DNA of 64,000 nt from an uncultured Brevinematales bacterium (GCA_964533855.1 CAZHNM010000011.1:6293-70292); one strand, 5' to 3'; counted from the first letter of the stretch, positions 16,825 through 26,614 are shown. Numbers and translations are program-made. The notes: a model not told the origin generated them from the letters alone.

Positions 16825-17163
16825 ATGAAGAGGATTGAAGCTATCATAAGGCCTGAAAAGATGGACGCCGTAGTCGAGAAGCTGGGCGAACTCGGGTACC
16901 CTGGCCTGAATTACACGGAGGTCCAGGGCCATGGACGCCAGAAAGGCATGAAAGAGATTTTCAGGGGAAGGGAATACGATGTAAAGTTCGTGCCAAAAAT
17001 AAAAATTGAAATAGTTGTTAAGGACGACCAGGCCGATAAGATTCTCGAAGCTATAATAAAGGTTTCTCAGACGGGCCAGATCGGCGATGGAAAGATCTTT
17101 GTCAGTGAAGTCCTTGACGCGATAAGGGTAAGGACAGAAGAGCGCGGAGACGAAGTTTTGTAA
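16825..17163 (+). CDS. glnK: Nitrogen regulatory protein P-II
   Basis: MKRIEAIIRPEKMD...TEVQGHGRQKGMKEIFRGREY (T-loop with Tyr51) ...TGQIGDGKIFV. GGAG RBS upstream of ATG 16825. The track start at 16789 adds 12 unlikely residues. Confidence 0.95.
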   Translation: MKRIEAIIRPEKMDAVVEKLGELGYPGLNYTEVQGHGRQKGMKEIFRGREYDVKFVPKIKIEIVVKDDQADKILEAIIKVSQTGQIGDGKIFVSEVLDAIRVRTEERGDEVL

Positions 17164-17176
17164 ATAATGATACAAC

Positions 17177-17218
17177 CCCCGTCGCCCTTTCAGGGAGGCG
17201 GGGCTTTCTTTTTTTTTT
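17177..17218 (+). terminator. Rho-independent terminator after glnK
   Basis: ccccgtcgccct / agggaggcgggg imperfect 12-bp stem (10 pairs) with a ttc loop, followed by cttTCTTTTTTTTTT. Confidence 0.75.
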
Positions 17219-17273
17219 CATTTCGTTTATAATAAACCCCGAAAAATCATGATTATTGCAAGGAGCACAGAAG

Positions 17274-18335
17274 ATGCATCCGAAAGCCGCAGCGCTGGTT
17301 CAAAAATACAAAGACATGGGAGACAGGCTCGCCGCAATGCAGCCTACAGGGCAGGAATATATCAAACTTGCCAAAGACAGGGCCGAATTAGCTCCTTTTG
17401 CCGAAAAATACGACGAACTTGTAAGATTGGACAGGGAGATTACCGATAACCGGGAGATGATCGCCGGTTCAGATGATGAAGAAATTAAAAAAATGGCAAG
17501 GGAAGATATAGAAAATCTTGAAAAAAGAAAAAATGAGCTCGATAAAGAGATCATCAAGCTGCTTCTTCCCAAGGACGAGCTTGAAAAAAGGAACGTTATC
17601 GTAGAGATAAGGGCCGGAACGGGGGGGGACGAGGCAGCTTTGTTCGCGGGCGACCTTTTCAGGATGTACAGCCGTTACGCTGAATTGAAGCGCTGGAAAT
17701 TGGAAGTGATGGATTTTAATGATACGGGGCTGGGCGGCTACAAGGAAATTGTCTTTTCCCTGAAGGGCAAAGAGGTATACTCGAAAATGAAATTCGAAAG
17801 CGGGGTTCACAGGGTCCAGAGGACTCCCGAGACCGAAAGCGCCGGAAGGATCCACACATCGACCGCTTCTGTGGTGGTTCTGCCGGAGGCAACCGAGGTC
17901 GAAGTCAGGATAGACCCGTCCGACCTCAAGATAGACACTTACAGGGCCGGGGGCGCAGGGGGCCAGTATGTCAACAAAACGGAATCCGCGGTAAGGATAA
18001 CCCACATGCCTACCGGAACGGTTGTTGCATGCCAGGAGGAAAGGTCGCAGATCCAGAACAGGGCAAGCTGCCTGAGGATCCTCCGTACGAAGCTTCTCGA
18101 TCTCGAAGCGCAGAAGCAGACTGATTCCAACGAGGCGTTAAGAAGGAGTTCCATCCGCAGCGGCGACCGTTCGGAAAAAATCAGGACATATAACTTTCCC
18201 CAGAACAGGCTTACGGACCACAGGATAAACCTTACGCTTTATAAATTAGAAATGATAATGAACGGTGACTGCGATGAAATGATCAACGCCTGCCTGATAA
18301 ATGAGCAGGAAGAGATGCTCAAAGCCTTGGAGTAA
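17274..18335 (+). CDS. prfA: Peptide chain release factor 1
   Basis: GGQ motif ([21 protein letters not shown]) and an RF1-type PxT tripeptide context ([17 protein letters not shown]). AGGAG at 17261-65 precedes ATG 17274. The track start at 17256 is a TTG. Confidence 0.95.
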   Translation: MHPKAAALVQKYKDMGDRLAAMQPTGQEYIKLAKDRAELAPFAEKYDELVRLDREITDNREMIAGSDDEEIKKMAREDIENLEKRKNELDKEIIKLLLPKDELEKRNVIVEIRAGTGGDEAALFAGDLFRMYSRYAELKRWKLEVMDFNDTGLGGYKEIVFSLKGKEVYSKMKFESGVHRVQRTPETESAGRIHTSTASVVVLPEATEVEVRIDPSDLKIDTYRAGGAGGQYVNKTESAVRITHMPTGTVVACQEERSQIQNRASCLRILRTKLLDLEAQKQTDSNEALRRSSIRSGDRSEKIRTYNFPQNRLTDHRINLTLYKLEMIMNGDCDEMINACLINEQEEMLKALE

Positions 18336-18396
18336 AACCGGTTTTAATAATTAAGAAAAGATGAGTTACTATTTTGAATGAATCGGGGCTTAAAAC

Positions 18397-20712
18397 ATGC
18401 CTGGTAAAAGCAGACTGAAAATCGGGGTTTTTATCGATTGGGTTTATTCCGAATTCCAGCAAAAACTCTTATACGGGATAATGGAATATTACAAGGGTCT
18501 GCCCGCGGATATATTTTGTTTCCCTACGGGCTCCCTCGAATGCCCGGATGCCTGGGATAGAAAGAAAAACATACTTTTCGATTTTGTCGGGGACGATAAT
18601 TTCGACGGCCTTATCATCCTGACCGATCCCCTGCAGTGCGTGGTAGGCAGGAATAAATTTTCAAGATTTTTGAAAAAATACGGGAATATTCCTATAGTCA
18701 GCATGGCATTACGCCTGGACGGACATTATTCCGTGGAGATCGACAACAGGTCGGGAATGATACCTCTCCTGGACCACCTGATAATTAAACATCACTTCGA
18801 AAGGATCGCTTTTATAACCGGCCCTGAAGGAAGCGTAGAGTCGGCGGACAGGCTATCGGCTTTCATGGAATATTTTAAATCACATAACCTCCCTGTAGAC
18901 CCCAATCTTATAGTGGTAGGCAATTTTACAGCCCCTTCGGGCAAACAGGCCGTCAAAACCCTTCTTGATGAAAGAAAAGTCACCTTCGATTGTATTTTCG
19001 CAAGTGATGACGAAATGGCTATCGGGGCTATCGAGGAGCTTTCTTCGAGGGGGATCCGGGTGCCCGGAGACGCTTTTATCGCAGGATTCGATGATGTAAG
19101 CGCAAGCCTGAACGCATCGCTGACAACAGTCAGACAGCCGATCTTTGAGCTCGGCAGGAAATCTGCTGAAATTTTATACGCAGTGCTTTCCGGTAAAAAA
19201 GTAGAAAGCAGGACTTTCCTGCCCACGGCCCTTGCCGTCAGGGAGAGCTGCGGCTGCAACCTCCAGCAGCTCCTGGACTCGTCCGTATGGAAAAAGGATA
19301 TGGAAATAACCGAGGATTTCTATGAAAGTTTTACAAAATACAGCGAGAAAATCATCAACGAAATGATCGCGGGCTGGCCGGTGGAAAAATATTTCGAATT
19401 AAAATCCGATCTTTTCCCCGGGCTTGACGCTTTATGCTCCGGACTTGCCGAAGCGGTCAGGGCCTCCAGGATGACAAAGATTGTCGAGGCATGGAGCGAC
19501 CTTGTTTTCCAGTGCTATTCGAGTAAAATGGATAATACTTTTATAAACGAGATAATTTCGGGTTTGAGGAGGAGCGCTCTGCGCTGCCGTCTTGACACAG
19601 CAGAGATGATCTTTATCGAGGATATTTTTCACTGGATGAGGATAAAGGCGCATGATATCGAGTATAAGGAATTAATCAACAGGGAGCACTTTTCGGTTCT
19701 GAATTTCGGGAAATTCACTGCGGCCAGCGTCAGCCTTTCCGATGCGACCACTCTCGAAGAGCTTATTATCGTCATCCATAATATCCTGGAAAAGCTCGAG
19801 ATGAAAACGTTTTTTTTATCTCTTTACGAGAAACCCGAAGATCCCGTCGATTCGTCAATGATGATCCTTGCCGTCGACAATAAAAAAAAGGTCGATCTCT
19901 CGGATATAAGAACGGTTTTTAAAACGAGGGCCCTCCTTCCCGTAAAAGTCTACCCGCCGGAAGGCAATAACCGTTTTATAGTCCAGGCTCTGCATCAGAA
20001 GAACGAACACATCGGTTTTGTCATCCTGGACCTCGAGGATTACATAGAAAAGGTAACCATTTATGACGAGCTGCTATTGAAGGTCAGTTCAACCATCAGG
20101 CTTATAATGCTTATTGATAAAATATCGGCTCAGGCGCTCTCTCTTCAGGATGAAGTTAAAGAGAGGAAAAAGGCCGAAAAGAAATTGAAAAGCGCGATGA
20201 CAAAGCTGGAAAAATATAACGAGATACTCCATGACATGTCCCTGAAGGATGAACTTACAGGGCTTTATAACAGAAGGGGCCTCAATACCATCGGGGGGCA
20301 GCATATCAATTACGCCAGAAGGCATAACAAGCCTTTTGTACTTTTTTATTTCGACCTTGACGGTCTCAAGGTCATCAACGATTCCTACGGGCATAAAGAA
20401 GGCGATTATGCCATCAAAAAAACGGCGCAGCTTCTTCAAAAGTCATTCAGGGCGATCGACGTCATTGCGAGAATCGGCGGGGATGAGTTTACAGTCCTTG
20501 CGATGGAATGCGGAATGGCCGAGGCCGAAAAACTCAACAAGAGGGTAAAGATACTCTTCCAGAATTTTAATTCCCTTTCCGAGAAGGTATACAAGCTTTC
20601 TATAAGCACGGGTATCATCCCTTCGATAGGCAGGGATGATCTCGATTTCGGCGAACTGATCGCCCTGGCCGACCTGAAACTCTACGAGGATAAAAACAAG
20701 AAAGATCAATAG
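18397..20712 (+). CDS. Diguanylate cyclase with an N-terminal LacI/PBP type-1 sugar-binding-like core (no HTH, no signal peptide)
   Basis: The N-terminal about 290 aa resemble LacI-family ligand-binding cores (ERIAFITGPEGSVESADRLSAFMEYF...IFASDDEMAIGAIEELSSRGIRVPGDAFIAGFDD). A coiled coil follows, then a GGDEF domain (RIGGDEFTVL). Confidence 0.85.
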   Translation: MPGKSRLKIGVFIDWVYSEFQQKLLYGIMEYYKGLPADIFCFPTGSLECPDAWDRKKNILFDFVGDDNFDGLIILTDPLQCVVGRNKFSRFLKKYGNIPIVSMALRLDGHYSVEIDNRSGMIPLLDHLIIKHHFERIAFITGPEGSVESADRLSAFMEYFKSHNLPVDPNLIVVGNFTAPSGKQAVKTLLDERKVTFDCIFASDDEMAIGAIEELSSRGIRVPGDAFIAGFDDVSASLNASLTTVRQPIFELGRKSAEILYAVLSGKKVESRTFLPTALAVRESCGCNLQQLLDSSVWKKDMEITEDFYESFTKYSEKIINEMIAGWPVEKYFELKSDLFPGLDALCSGLAEAVRASRMTKIVEAWSDLVFQCYSSKMDNTFINEIISGLRRSALRCRLDTAEMIFIEDIFHWMRIKAHDIEYKELINREHFSVLNFGKFTAASVSLSDATTLEELIIVIHNILEKLEMKTFFLSLYEKPEDPVDSSMMILAVDNKKKVDLSDIRTVFKTRALLPVKVYPPEGNNRFIVQALHQKNEHIGFVILDLEDYIEKVTIYDELLLKVSSTIRLIMLIDKISAQALSLQDEVKERKKAEKKLKSAMTKLEKYNEILHDMSLKDELTGLYNRRGLNTIGGQHINYARRHNKPFVLFYFDLDGLKVINDSYGHKEGDYAIKKTAQLLQKSFRAIDVIARIGGDEFTVLAMECGMAEAEKLNKRVKILFQNFNSLSEKVYKLSISTGIIPSIGRDDLDFGELIALADLKLYEDKNKKDQ

Positions 20713-20733
20713 CCTGTCAGGCTGTATGCGCGC

Positions 20734-20850
20734 TTTCACCTGCGTGGGATTAATAGCCTGTAACGGCAGGCAGCCTAACAGGCCGGGTTATCCCGCGCAG
20801 TTTCACTTGCGTGGGATTAATAGCCTGTAACGGCAGGCAGCCTAACAGGC
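20734..20850. repeat. Two direct copies (period 67 bp) of a 50-bp hairpin-containing element between convergent genes
   Basis: tttcacCtgcgtgggattaatagcctgtaacggcaggcagcctaacaggc at 20734-20783 and again at 20801-20850, with 1 mismatch. Each copy contains GCCTGT...ACAGGC. A reduced version (aatagcctgtcaggc) spans the upstream stop codon at 20708-20722. Confidence 0.85.
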
Positions 20851-21809
20851 TATAAACTTCCAACACGGGTCCCGGCTTCCGACGAGAGGACTAATGAATT
20901 GGCAAGGTTCGACAGCACCAGCCGTTTTTCGCTCCTGTTAATGATCAGGCAGCCCGAAACATTCGATAATTCGGCGCCGCCTTCGACGAAATTTCCATGC
21001 CGGTCCCTGTCGAGAGTTCCTAAGAGTGCGGCCGGCGTGTCGATTTCCGCCGGCATAAGCGCGGCGTCGACTGCCAATTTTTCCTCCATGCCTGAAATGA
21101 CATCCTCGAACCTGATAGAATTAAGCCTGGCGGCAGAGTCTCTCAGGAATGCCTTAAGCGATGATTTATCCTTCCAGCATTTTTCCAGTTCGATGAAATT
21201 TTCATGAAGAACCGCATTATCCCCGGACAGATATTCTTTAAATCTGTAAGAGTTAAGAGTGAAAACGGAACTTAGCGGCAGGAACGCCCCTGCCGGAGCT
21301 TTATCGGGTTTCGGAAGAAAATTTTTTATTGAGAATATTTCACTGAAACTGCTCCTGAATACCCTTTCTCCTAATTCGATGGAGAGCGGAGACGGCCTTT
21401 CCGCGGAAGTGAAGAAAGCTAACGTCTCGGAGCCGAGAGGCGTATTCAGGAACTCCCCTGCCTGTATGCAGAGGCCCGGAAGAGACTCCGGGTCAAGATA
21501 TGCCGGGGCGAACAAAGAGAGGGGAGAAAGTGAAAAAGAGCATGCAAATGCCGAGAAAATAAAAATTTTTGAAAATAATCCGGTCGATGGCAGGTTGAGG
21601 GTATCGGAATTTCCGCAAAGTTCTGAAAAAACCCTGTTCCCGCTGGGATCGATAACAAAAAGCGGGGAATCCTGGAAATGCTTTTTCCATACCGTGTAAT
21701 TTTTTTCATAGAGGCTCCTGCCGCCGGCGTCAATAAGTTCGACCGGTACGGGCCCTTTATATAAAGGCTCCATATCTACGGGAGCCGAGAGAAACAGGAC
21801 AATATTCAT
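20850..21809 (-). CDS. Hypothetical protein, weakly sugar-nucleotidyltransferase-like
   Basis: 319 aa. 4-nt overlap with miaA (same operon). AEIDTPAALLGTL resembles the W.DiGTP..ll motif of NTP_transferase enzymes, but the N-terminal G-x-G-t-R-l motif is absent. Confidence 0.4.
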   Translation of the reverse strand: MNIVLFLSAPVDMEPLYKGPVPVELIDAGGRSLYEKNYTVWKKHFQDSPLFVIDPSGNRVFSELCGNSDTLNLPSTGLFSKIFIFSAFACSFSLSPLSLFAPAYLDPESLPGLCIQAGEFLNTPLGSETLAFFTSAERPSPLSIELGERVFRSSFSEIFSIKNFLPKPDKAPAGAFLPLSSVFTLNSYRFKEYLSGDNAVLHENFIELEKCWKDKSSLKAFLRDSAARLNSIRFEDVISGMEEKLAVDAALMPAEIDTPAALLGTLDRDRHGNFVEGGAELSNVSGCLIINRSEKRLVLSNLANSLVLSSEAGTRVGSL

Positions 21810-22717
21810 AAAAAGCCCCTCACTGCCCCTTTTATCCCTTCGGCATCCAGGATATCGAACCAGTGAATATCGCCGTTCTTTTTAAACCAGGTCATCTGCC
21901 TCTTTGCATAGCGCCTTGTGTCCCTTTTAAGGAAAAACACAAATTCCTCGTATGTCCAGACGCCGGATAAATAATTCGAGGCATGCCTGTATCCTATGCT
22001 TGAAAGGGCGTAAGCCTCTTTGCCGAATTTGCTTATTATATCCTCGGTTTCCTTTAAGAGCCCTTCACCGATCATGAAGTCCACACGCTTTTCTATCCTG
22101 CCGTAAAGGGTCTGCCTGTCGCATATCAGCCCTATGATAAACCAGTTTAGCTCCAGTTTTTTATTCTCGCGGTGAAGTTCCGATATGGGCCTGCCAGTGG
22201 AGTAATAAACCTCGAGAGCGCGCACTATTCTCCTCGTGTCGCCGGATTTTATCTTTCCGGCGCTTTCAGGATCTCTCTGCACGAGTTCTTCGTAGAGGCT
22301 GTCTTCCTGCCTTGAAGCAAGGTCATCGCGTATTTTATCGGAGCGGCCAGGGCCGCTGAACAGGCCGTAATAAAGAGAATTAAAATACATTCCGGTTCCG
22401 CCGGCGACAATGGGCGTCTGTCCGGATGCAAGGACTTCAAGGATTTTGCTTTCGGCAAGACTTTTATACATGCCGGCGTCGATCCTGCAATCAGGCTCGA
22501 TTAAGTCGATAAGGTGGTATTTGATCTTTCCGGTTTCCGACTGGGACGGCTTGGCGGAGCCGATGTCAAGATGTTTGAAAATCTGGACAGAATCGCATGA
22601 AATTATCTCGCCGTTAAACTCCCGCGCAAGGCCGAGGGCGATGCCGGTCTTGCCGGAGGCTGTAGGACCTACAATGCCTATGATTTTGGGGGGAGCGTTT
22701 GCGCTCTTTATTGCCAT
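21806..22717 (-). CDS. miaA: tRNA dimethylallyltransferase
   Basis: P-loop GPTASGKTGIAL, then ISCDSVQIFKHLDIGSAKP and the overall MiaA pattern. 303 aa. Confidence 0.95.
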   Translation of the reverse strand: MAIKSANAPPKIIGIVGPTASGKTGIALGLAREFNGEIISCDSVQIFKHLDIGSAKPSQSETGKIKYHLIDLIEPDCRIDAGMYKSLAESKILEVLASGQTPIVAGGTGMYFNSLYYGLFSGPGRSDKIRDDLASRQEDSLYEELVQRDPESAGKIKSGDTRRIVRALEVYYSTGRPISELHRENKKLELNWFIIGLICDRQTLYGRIEKRVDFMIGEGLLKETEDIISKFGKEAYALSSIGYRHASNYLSGVWTYEEFVFFLKRDTRRYAKRQMTWFKKNGDIHWFDILDAEGIKGAVRGFL

Positions 22718-22775
22718 CCGCTTATTATAGTTTTTCAGGCCGTTTTAGTCAAAAACGTACCGGTCAATAGATACC

Positions 22776-22804
22776 TTGACATTTCAGGGCTTAAATAGTA
22801 AAAT
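22776..22804 (+). promoter_or_regulatory. Sigma70-type promoter
   Basis: TTGACA (22776-81), 17-nt spacer, TAAAAT (22799-804). AGGAGG RBS precedes ATG 22837. Confidence 0.55.
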
Positions 22805-22836
22805 GAAGCTGAACAGGGTCGAAGAAGGAGGAAGGG

Positions 22837-23316
22837 ATGTACCAGATTATTTTCATTGTAGTTTTCATAGCAATTATCGGTATTTGCGCTTATTCCGGAA
22901 CAAGACAGGGATTTTTCCGGTCGCTTAATTCTTTTTTAAGAATTGCGCTGCCGATGCTTTTATCAGGAATAATAGTTCTTATCGCAAGCCTCATTTCGAA
23001 GGAGAGGATCGGTCTTATCTCTTATATCATCGGGCTTATCGGGACAATTATTTTCTATCTTGTCCTCAGGAACGTGATAAAAGACCCGGATGCTTCCGTT
23101 AGAAACGCAGGGATAGTCGATTATTTCCTCGGTTTCATAGTCGGGGTTATGAGAGGATGGGTCATAGCGGGTTTCTTGGTAGTTTATATAGATTTTTTCT
23201 GCAAGTTGTTAAAAATGCAGACCAATCTTCAGAATATAATTGATAATCAGTCTCTCTTCATCGCGATTAAAACGCCGATTGACTGGATTTTATTCTTAAG
23301 TTTTATTAAATTATAA
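22837..23316 (+). CDS. Small integral membrane protein, CvpA-like
   Basis: 159 aa, 4 predicted TM helices. The N-terminal pattern (IIFIVVFIAIIGICAYSGTRQGFFRSLNSF) resembles CvpA-family proteins. Confidence 0.45.
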   Translation: MYQIIFIVVFIAIIGICAYSGTRQGFFRSLNSFLRIALPMLLSGIIVLIASLISKERIGLISYIIGLIGTIIFYLVLRNVIKDPDASVRNAGIVDYFLGFIVGVMRGWVIAGFLVVYIDFFCKLLKMQTNLQNIIDNQSLFIAIKTPIDWILFLSFIKL

Positions 23317-23415
23317 TTGTAATGACTGCCTGGGGTATGCGTGTAGAATAGGATATTTTCGAGTTCTATATCCATTCACCAGGGATTCCGATCTCTATAT
23401 GGAATTGCCTCTCCG

Positions 23416-23829
23416 ATGAAAGCGCTTCGGTGCATTCGTCAGGGAAACGGGAAGTATAGGTACGAATCCCGCCTTGATAAAGGGACCGAAAAGGTTTCTT
23501 ACGGTACCCCGGGTTTACTTTTTATAGGGGGTCTTATGGACCATACCTCGATAGCGAAGATGTATATCGATGCTATTAAAAATGACTCTATCGATTCTTC
23601 CACGCTTACGAAACTGCCGGAACTCGTATCATGCGGCGACTGGAGCAAGGTGGAGGTAATGGGCAGCGTTAATTTCACATCGGACAGGACAAAGATTTTA
23701 TACGACGGCATAATCGTGACTCATGGAGGCGGCCTTTATTACATGAGGAAAAAGATCTCCGACGCCCTTGGTTCTGTTGACAGGAGATTCAAAAGCGCCA
23801 GAAAAGTTATCAATGTAATTCACCAGTAA
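23416..23829 (+). CDS. Hypothetical protein
   Basis: 137-aa ORF with no competing ORF of comparable length. No recognisable motif. Confidence 0.4.
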   Translation: MKALRCIRQGNGKYRYESRLDKGTEKVSYGTPGLLFIGGLMDHTSIAKMYIDAIKNDSIDSSTLTKLPELVSCGDWSKVEVMGSVNFTSDRTKILYDGIIVTHGGGLYYMRKKISDALGSVDRRFKSARKVINVIHQ

Positions 23830-23833
23830 AAAT

Positions 23834-25174
23834 TCAGATACCAAGCAGATTGACAAGTTCCTTGAATTTTTTACCCCTTTCTTCGTAGTTCCTGAACATA
23901 TCGAAGCTTGCGCATCCCGGTGAAAGGATTACGACATCGCCGCAGGATGCTGCCGCATAAGCGTATTTGACTGCCTCGTCAAGGCTGTCAGCCCTGCAGC
24001 TGCCGGGAAAAGAAAGCTCTTTTTCCAGTTTTTCCGCAGCCTCTCCGATCAGGATAAGTTTCTTAATTTTCTTATGCGCAAGGCTCCGTAAATTTCTGAA
24101 AGAAAGTCCTTTATCCCGGCCGCCTGCAATCAGAACGACCGGCGAGTCAAAAGACAGCAGCGCTTTTTCGAGGGAGTTGGCCGTCGTAGATTTTGCGTCA
24201 TTATAGTATTCGACGCCGTTTATTTTTCTTACGAATTCAAGGCGGTGTTCAAGACCTGAAAAGCTATTCAATGTTTCCCTGATCGCATTATCGCCTGCCC
24301 CTGCGAAATCCGACATGAGAATTGCGGCCATGGCGTTTTCAACATTGTGGACGCCTTTGAGCTTTATATCTTCCCTGCCGATATACGGGGCTCCTTTAAA
24401 GTAAATTACTCCCCCCTTCATGTAAATATCCGCGCGGGAATTTTGAATGCTGAAAGTCGAAATGCGCGATAAGAGGCCCTTTTTCAGATAATTGAAATAA
24501 GGAGAATCGAGATTGAGTATTGCGATATCATCCTTTGTCTGGTTTGAAAATATATTTTTCTTTGCATTTACATACGAAGTCATCGAAATGTACCTGTCGA
24601 GGTGGTCCTGAGCGATATTAAGACATGCCGCGGCTGCGGGTCTGAATGTTTCTATTGTCTCAAGCTGAAAACTGGACAGCTCGAGGACGACAATGGAATC
24701 AGGGCCGGCTTTACCGTAATGCTCGAAAACGGGTATTCCGACATTGCCGCCGATAAAGGCTTTATGATCCTTTTTTACCATTTCAAAAACGAGGTTTGTT
24801 GTTGTCGTTTTGCCGTCGGTGCCGGTTATTCCTATATACCTGCTTTTATTGTTGTAAGTGTAGAATAATTCTATGTCGCCTATAACCGGGATTTTCCTTT
24901 TCCTCGCTTCAGCGACAAGCGGTATTGAAAGGGGTACGCCGGGGCTGGGCAATACCGTGCTTACGCTGTATTCATCGAGTATATCAGGGGTCTGGCGGCC
25001 TAACAGGTCAATCACATTTCCTGGTCCGGCTGCGGCGAGTTTTGATATAAGGGCCTTTTTTTCAGGGTCGGAAACGAGGTCGCAGATGATTATTTTTTCA
25101 CCCCTCGAGAGAAGCGCCCCTGCCATGGAAAAGGATGTCCGCCTGGTGAAACCTGCAAGAAGTAAATAGCTCAT
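23834..25174 (-). CDS. murD: UDP-N-acetylmuramoylalanine--D-glutamate ligase
   Basis: Mur ligase P-loop GITGTDGKTTT and a MurD-type C-terminal region (GLEHRLEFVRKINGVEYYNDAKSTT). ATG 25174 forms an ATGA overlap with the upstream gene's stop. The track start at 25201 is less likely. Confidence 0.9.
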   Translation of the reverse strand: MSYLLLAGFTRRTSFSMAGALLSRGEKIIICDLVSDPEKKALISKLAAAGPGNVIDLLGRQTPDILDEYSVSTVLPSPGVPLSIPLVAEARKRKIPVIGDIELFYTYNNKSRYIGITGTDGKTTTTNLVFEMVKKDHKAFIGGNVGIPVFEHYGKAGPDSIVVLELSSFQLETIETFRPAAAACLNIAQDHLDRYISMTSYVNAKKNIFSNQTKDDIAILNLDSPYFNYLKKGLLSRISTFSIQNSRADIYMKGGVIYFKGAPYIGREDIKLKGVHNVENAMAAILMSDFAGAGDNAIRETLNSFSGLEHRLEFVRKINGVEYYNDAKSTTANSLEKALLSFDSPVVLIAGGRDKGLSFRNLRSLAHKKIKKLILIGEAAEKLEKELSFPGSCRADSLDEAVKYAYAAASCGDVVILSPGCASFDMFRNYEERGKKFKELVNLLGI

Positions 25175-25677
25175 TTTGATTTTTTTGAAATAATCTTCCA
25201 CTTATTATCGATTTTTTTCAGAAGGTAGTCGGTAAAGACGGTTGTTTCATGCTTTTGATCCTTGACGCTCGACTTGATCATCGCTTTATCCGGGTCGCTT
25301 TCCAGCGGCTGAGTTTCAACTTTAAGGATCCACTTCACAGTCACCACCATCATCTGGTTTGTCACATTATTGGTATAATCCTCGATGCCGACTAACTCGA
25401 AGCTCGTTATCTTTGAGGCTTCCTTGAGAAGCGCGCCCCTTGTTTGGGCGTTGGTGGCGGCGTCAATCGTTTGAAGCGTCCTTTTTTTCTCCGCCATGTC
25501 GGTAAGACCAAGCATGTATTGATAATCGGAATTCATCAGCATCAGGCATGCGGAATTCACTACCGACTTCGGGTCGTTGTAGTCATAGCTGTACTTATTT
25601 TCATCCGCATGAAGAGCGTTCTGCAGGAAAATCGCGGCTAAAAACATCGAAAATATAAAAGAGAATTTTCTTAACAT
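25171..25677 (-). CDS. Secreted hypothetical protein (possibly NTF2-like fold)
   Basis: Signal peptide MLRKFSFIFSMFLAAIFLQNALHA starting at internal ATG 25677. C-terminal DNKWKIIS pattern. Translationally coupled to murD. Confidence 0.5.
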   Translation of the reverse strand: MLRKFSFIFSMFLAAIFLQNALHADENKYSYDYNDPKSVVNSACLMLMNSDYQYMLGLTDMAEKKRTLQTIDAATNAQTRGALLKEASKITSFELVGIEDYTNNVTNQMMVVTVKWILKVETQPLESDPDKAMIKSSVKDQKHETTVFTDYLLKKIDNKWKIISKKSK

Positions 25678-25808
25678 AGAATGACCTCTTGTCTGCACCC
25701 TGAGGTGAGTAATCATATTATACCATAATATCGTAAATTAGACAAAAAACTTGATTTTTTGGATTGCGGGTGTTAACCTATTTAACAAATTATTTTATGG
25801 AGTTATAA

Positions 25809-26516
25809 ATGGATAAAAAATTCTGGATGTATTTAACCGGGGCTTTGATCGCCGGTATCCTTGTTGGCGGCGGAGTCGTATATTTTGTATCAGGCGGACT
25901 TGGCGGAAATGGCATTCTATATATGTACCCTCCGAAATCAAGCCCGGATTGGCTGGCTAAAATAGATGATTATGTCATTACCAAGGCTGATTTTGAAGCC
26001 GGGTACCAGCAGGTTCTTTCCCAGATCCCTGAGGAAAAACGTCCTTTCATCAGGCCCGACATGAAGAAACAGTATTTCGAAAGCCTGTTGAAAGAGTATA
26101 TCCTCTGCATTAAAGCTCTTAATGACGGGATTCAGAAAACGCCTGAAAACCAGACCATTTTAAAGAGCTATGTGAGGCAGCTTCTTTCCAACATGTACCT
26201 CCAGAAGAATGCTCCTGCCGACAAATCGGTCTTTATGCCTTCTAAAATGGATGTCGATGCTTATTATGCCCAGAATAAAGCCGACCTCGACAAGTCGGGT
26301 ATGAAGAGCGACCAGCTTAAACAGTACATTGTACAGATGCTTGGCAGGCAGAAAGAACAGGCCTGGATCGAATCTTTAGTCACAACCGTTAAAGAATCCA
26401 TCAAGGTTGAAAGGAACAATGCCGGCCTTCTCCAGGAAGGAGTCTCAGCCGCAGACGCCCAGGCTCCCCAGCTCTTTCCCCAGCAGCCTGCAGTACAGGG
26501 ATCGACCAACAAGTAA
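25809..26516 (+). CDS. Membrane-anchored SurA-N-terminal-like chaperone domain protein (no PPIase domain)
   Basis: N-terminal TM (YLTGALIAGILVGGGVVYFV). ITKADFEAGYQQVLSQIP...QYFESLLKEYILCIKALNDGI resembles SurA_N/PpiD N-terminal regions. Confidence 0.45.
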   Translation: MDKKFWMYLTGALIAGILVGGGVVYFVSGGLGGNGILYMYPPKSSPDWLAKIDDYVITKADFEAGYQQVLSQIPEEKRPFIRPDMKKQYFESLLKEYILCIKALNDGIQKTPENQTILKSYVRQLLSNMYLQKNAPADKSVFMPSKMDVDAYYAQNKADLDKSGMKSDQLKQYIVQMLGRQKEQAWIESLVTTVKESIKVERNNAGLLQEGVSAADAQAPQLFPQQPAVQGSTNK

Positions 26517-26535
26517 AAATTCTAGTTATAATTTG

Positions 26536-26567
26536 TCCCCGTCCTGTAAAAAGGGCGGGGATTTTTT
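26536..26567 (+). terminator. Rho-independent terminator
   Basis: tccccgtcc (26536-44) / gggcgggga (26553-61) stem, followed by T6 (26562-67). Confidence 0.7.
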
Positions 26568-26614
26568 ATGGATGAGCCCGGCAGGTTTAAGCCGCAAGGC
26601 CGGCAGGGGGTTTT

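Noticed and set aside
16735-17175. 146-aa minus-strand ORF.
   Set aside because: It is fully antisense to the unmistakable P-II (glnK) gene and the end of amtB.
20734-20850. Possible CRISPR array (repeated units with a short spacer).
   Set aside because: There are only two full copies. The repeat is 50 bp with a 17-bp spacer, which is the wrong geometry. No cas genes are present in the window, and the repeats sit exactly between two convergent stop codons, like terminator or REP elements.
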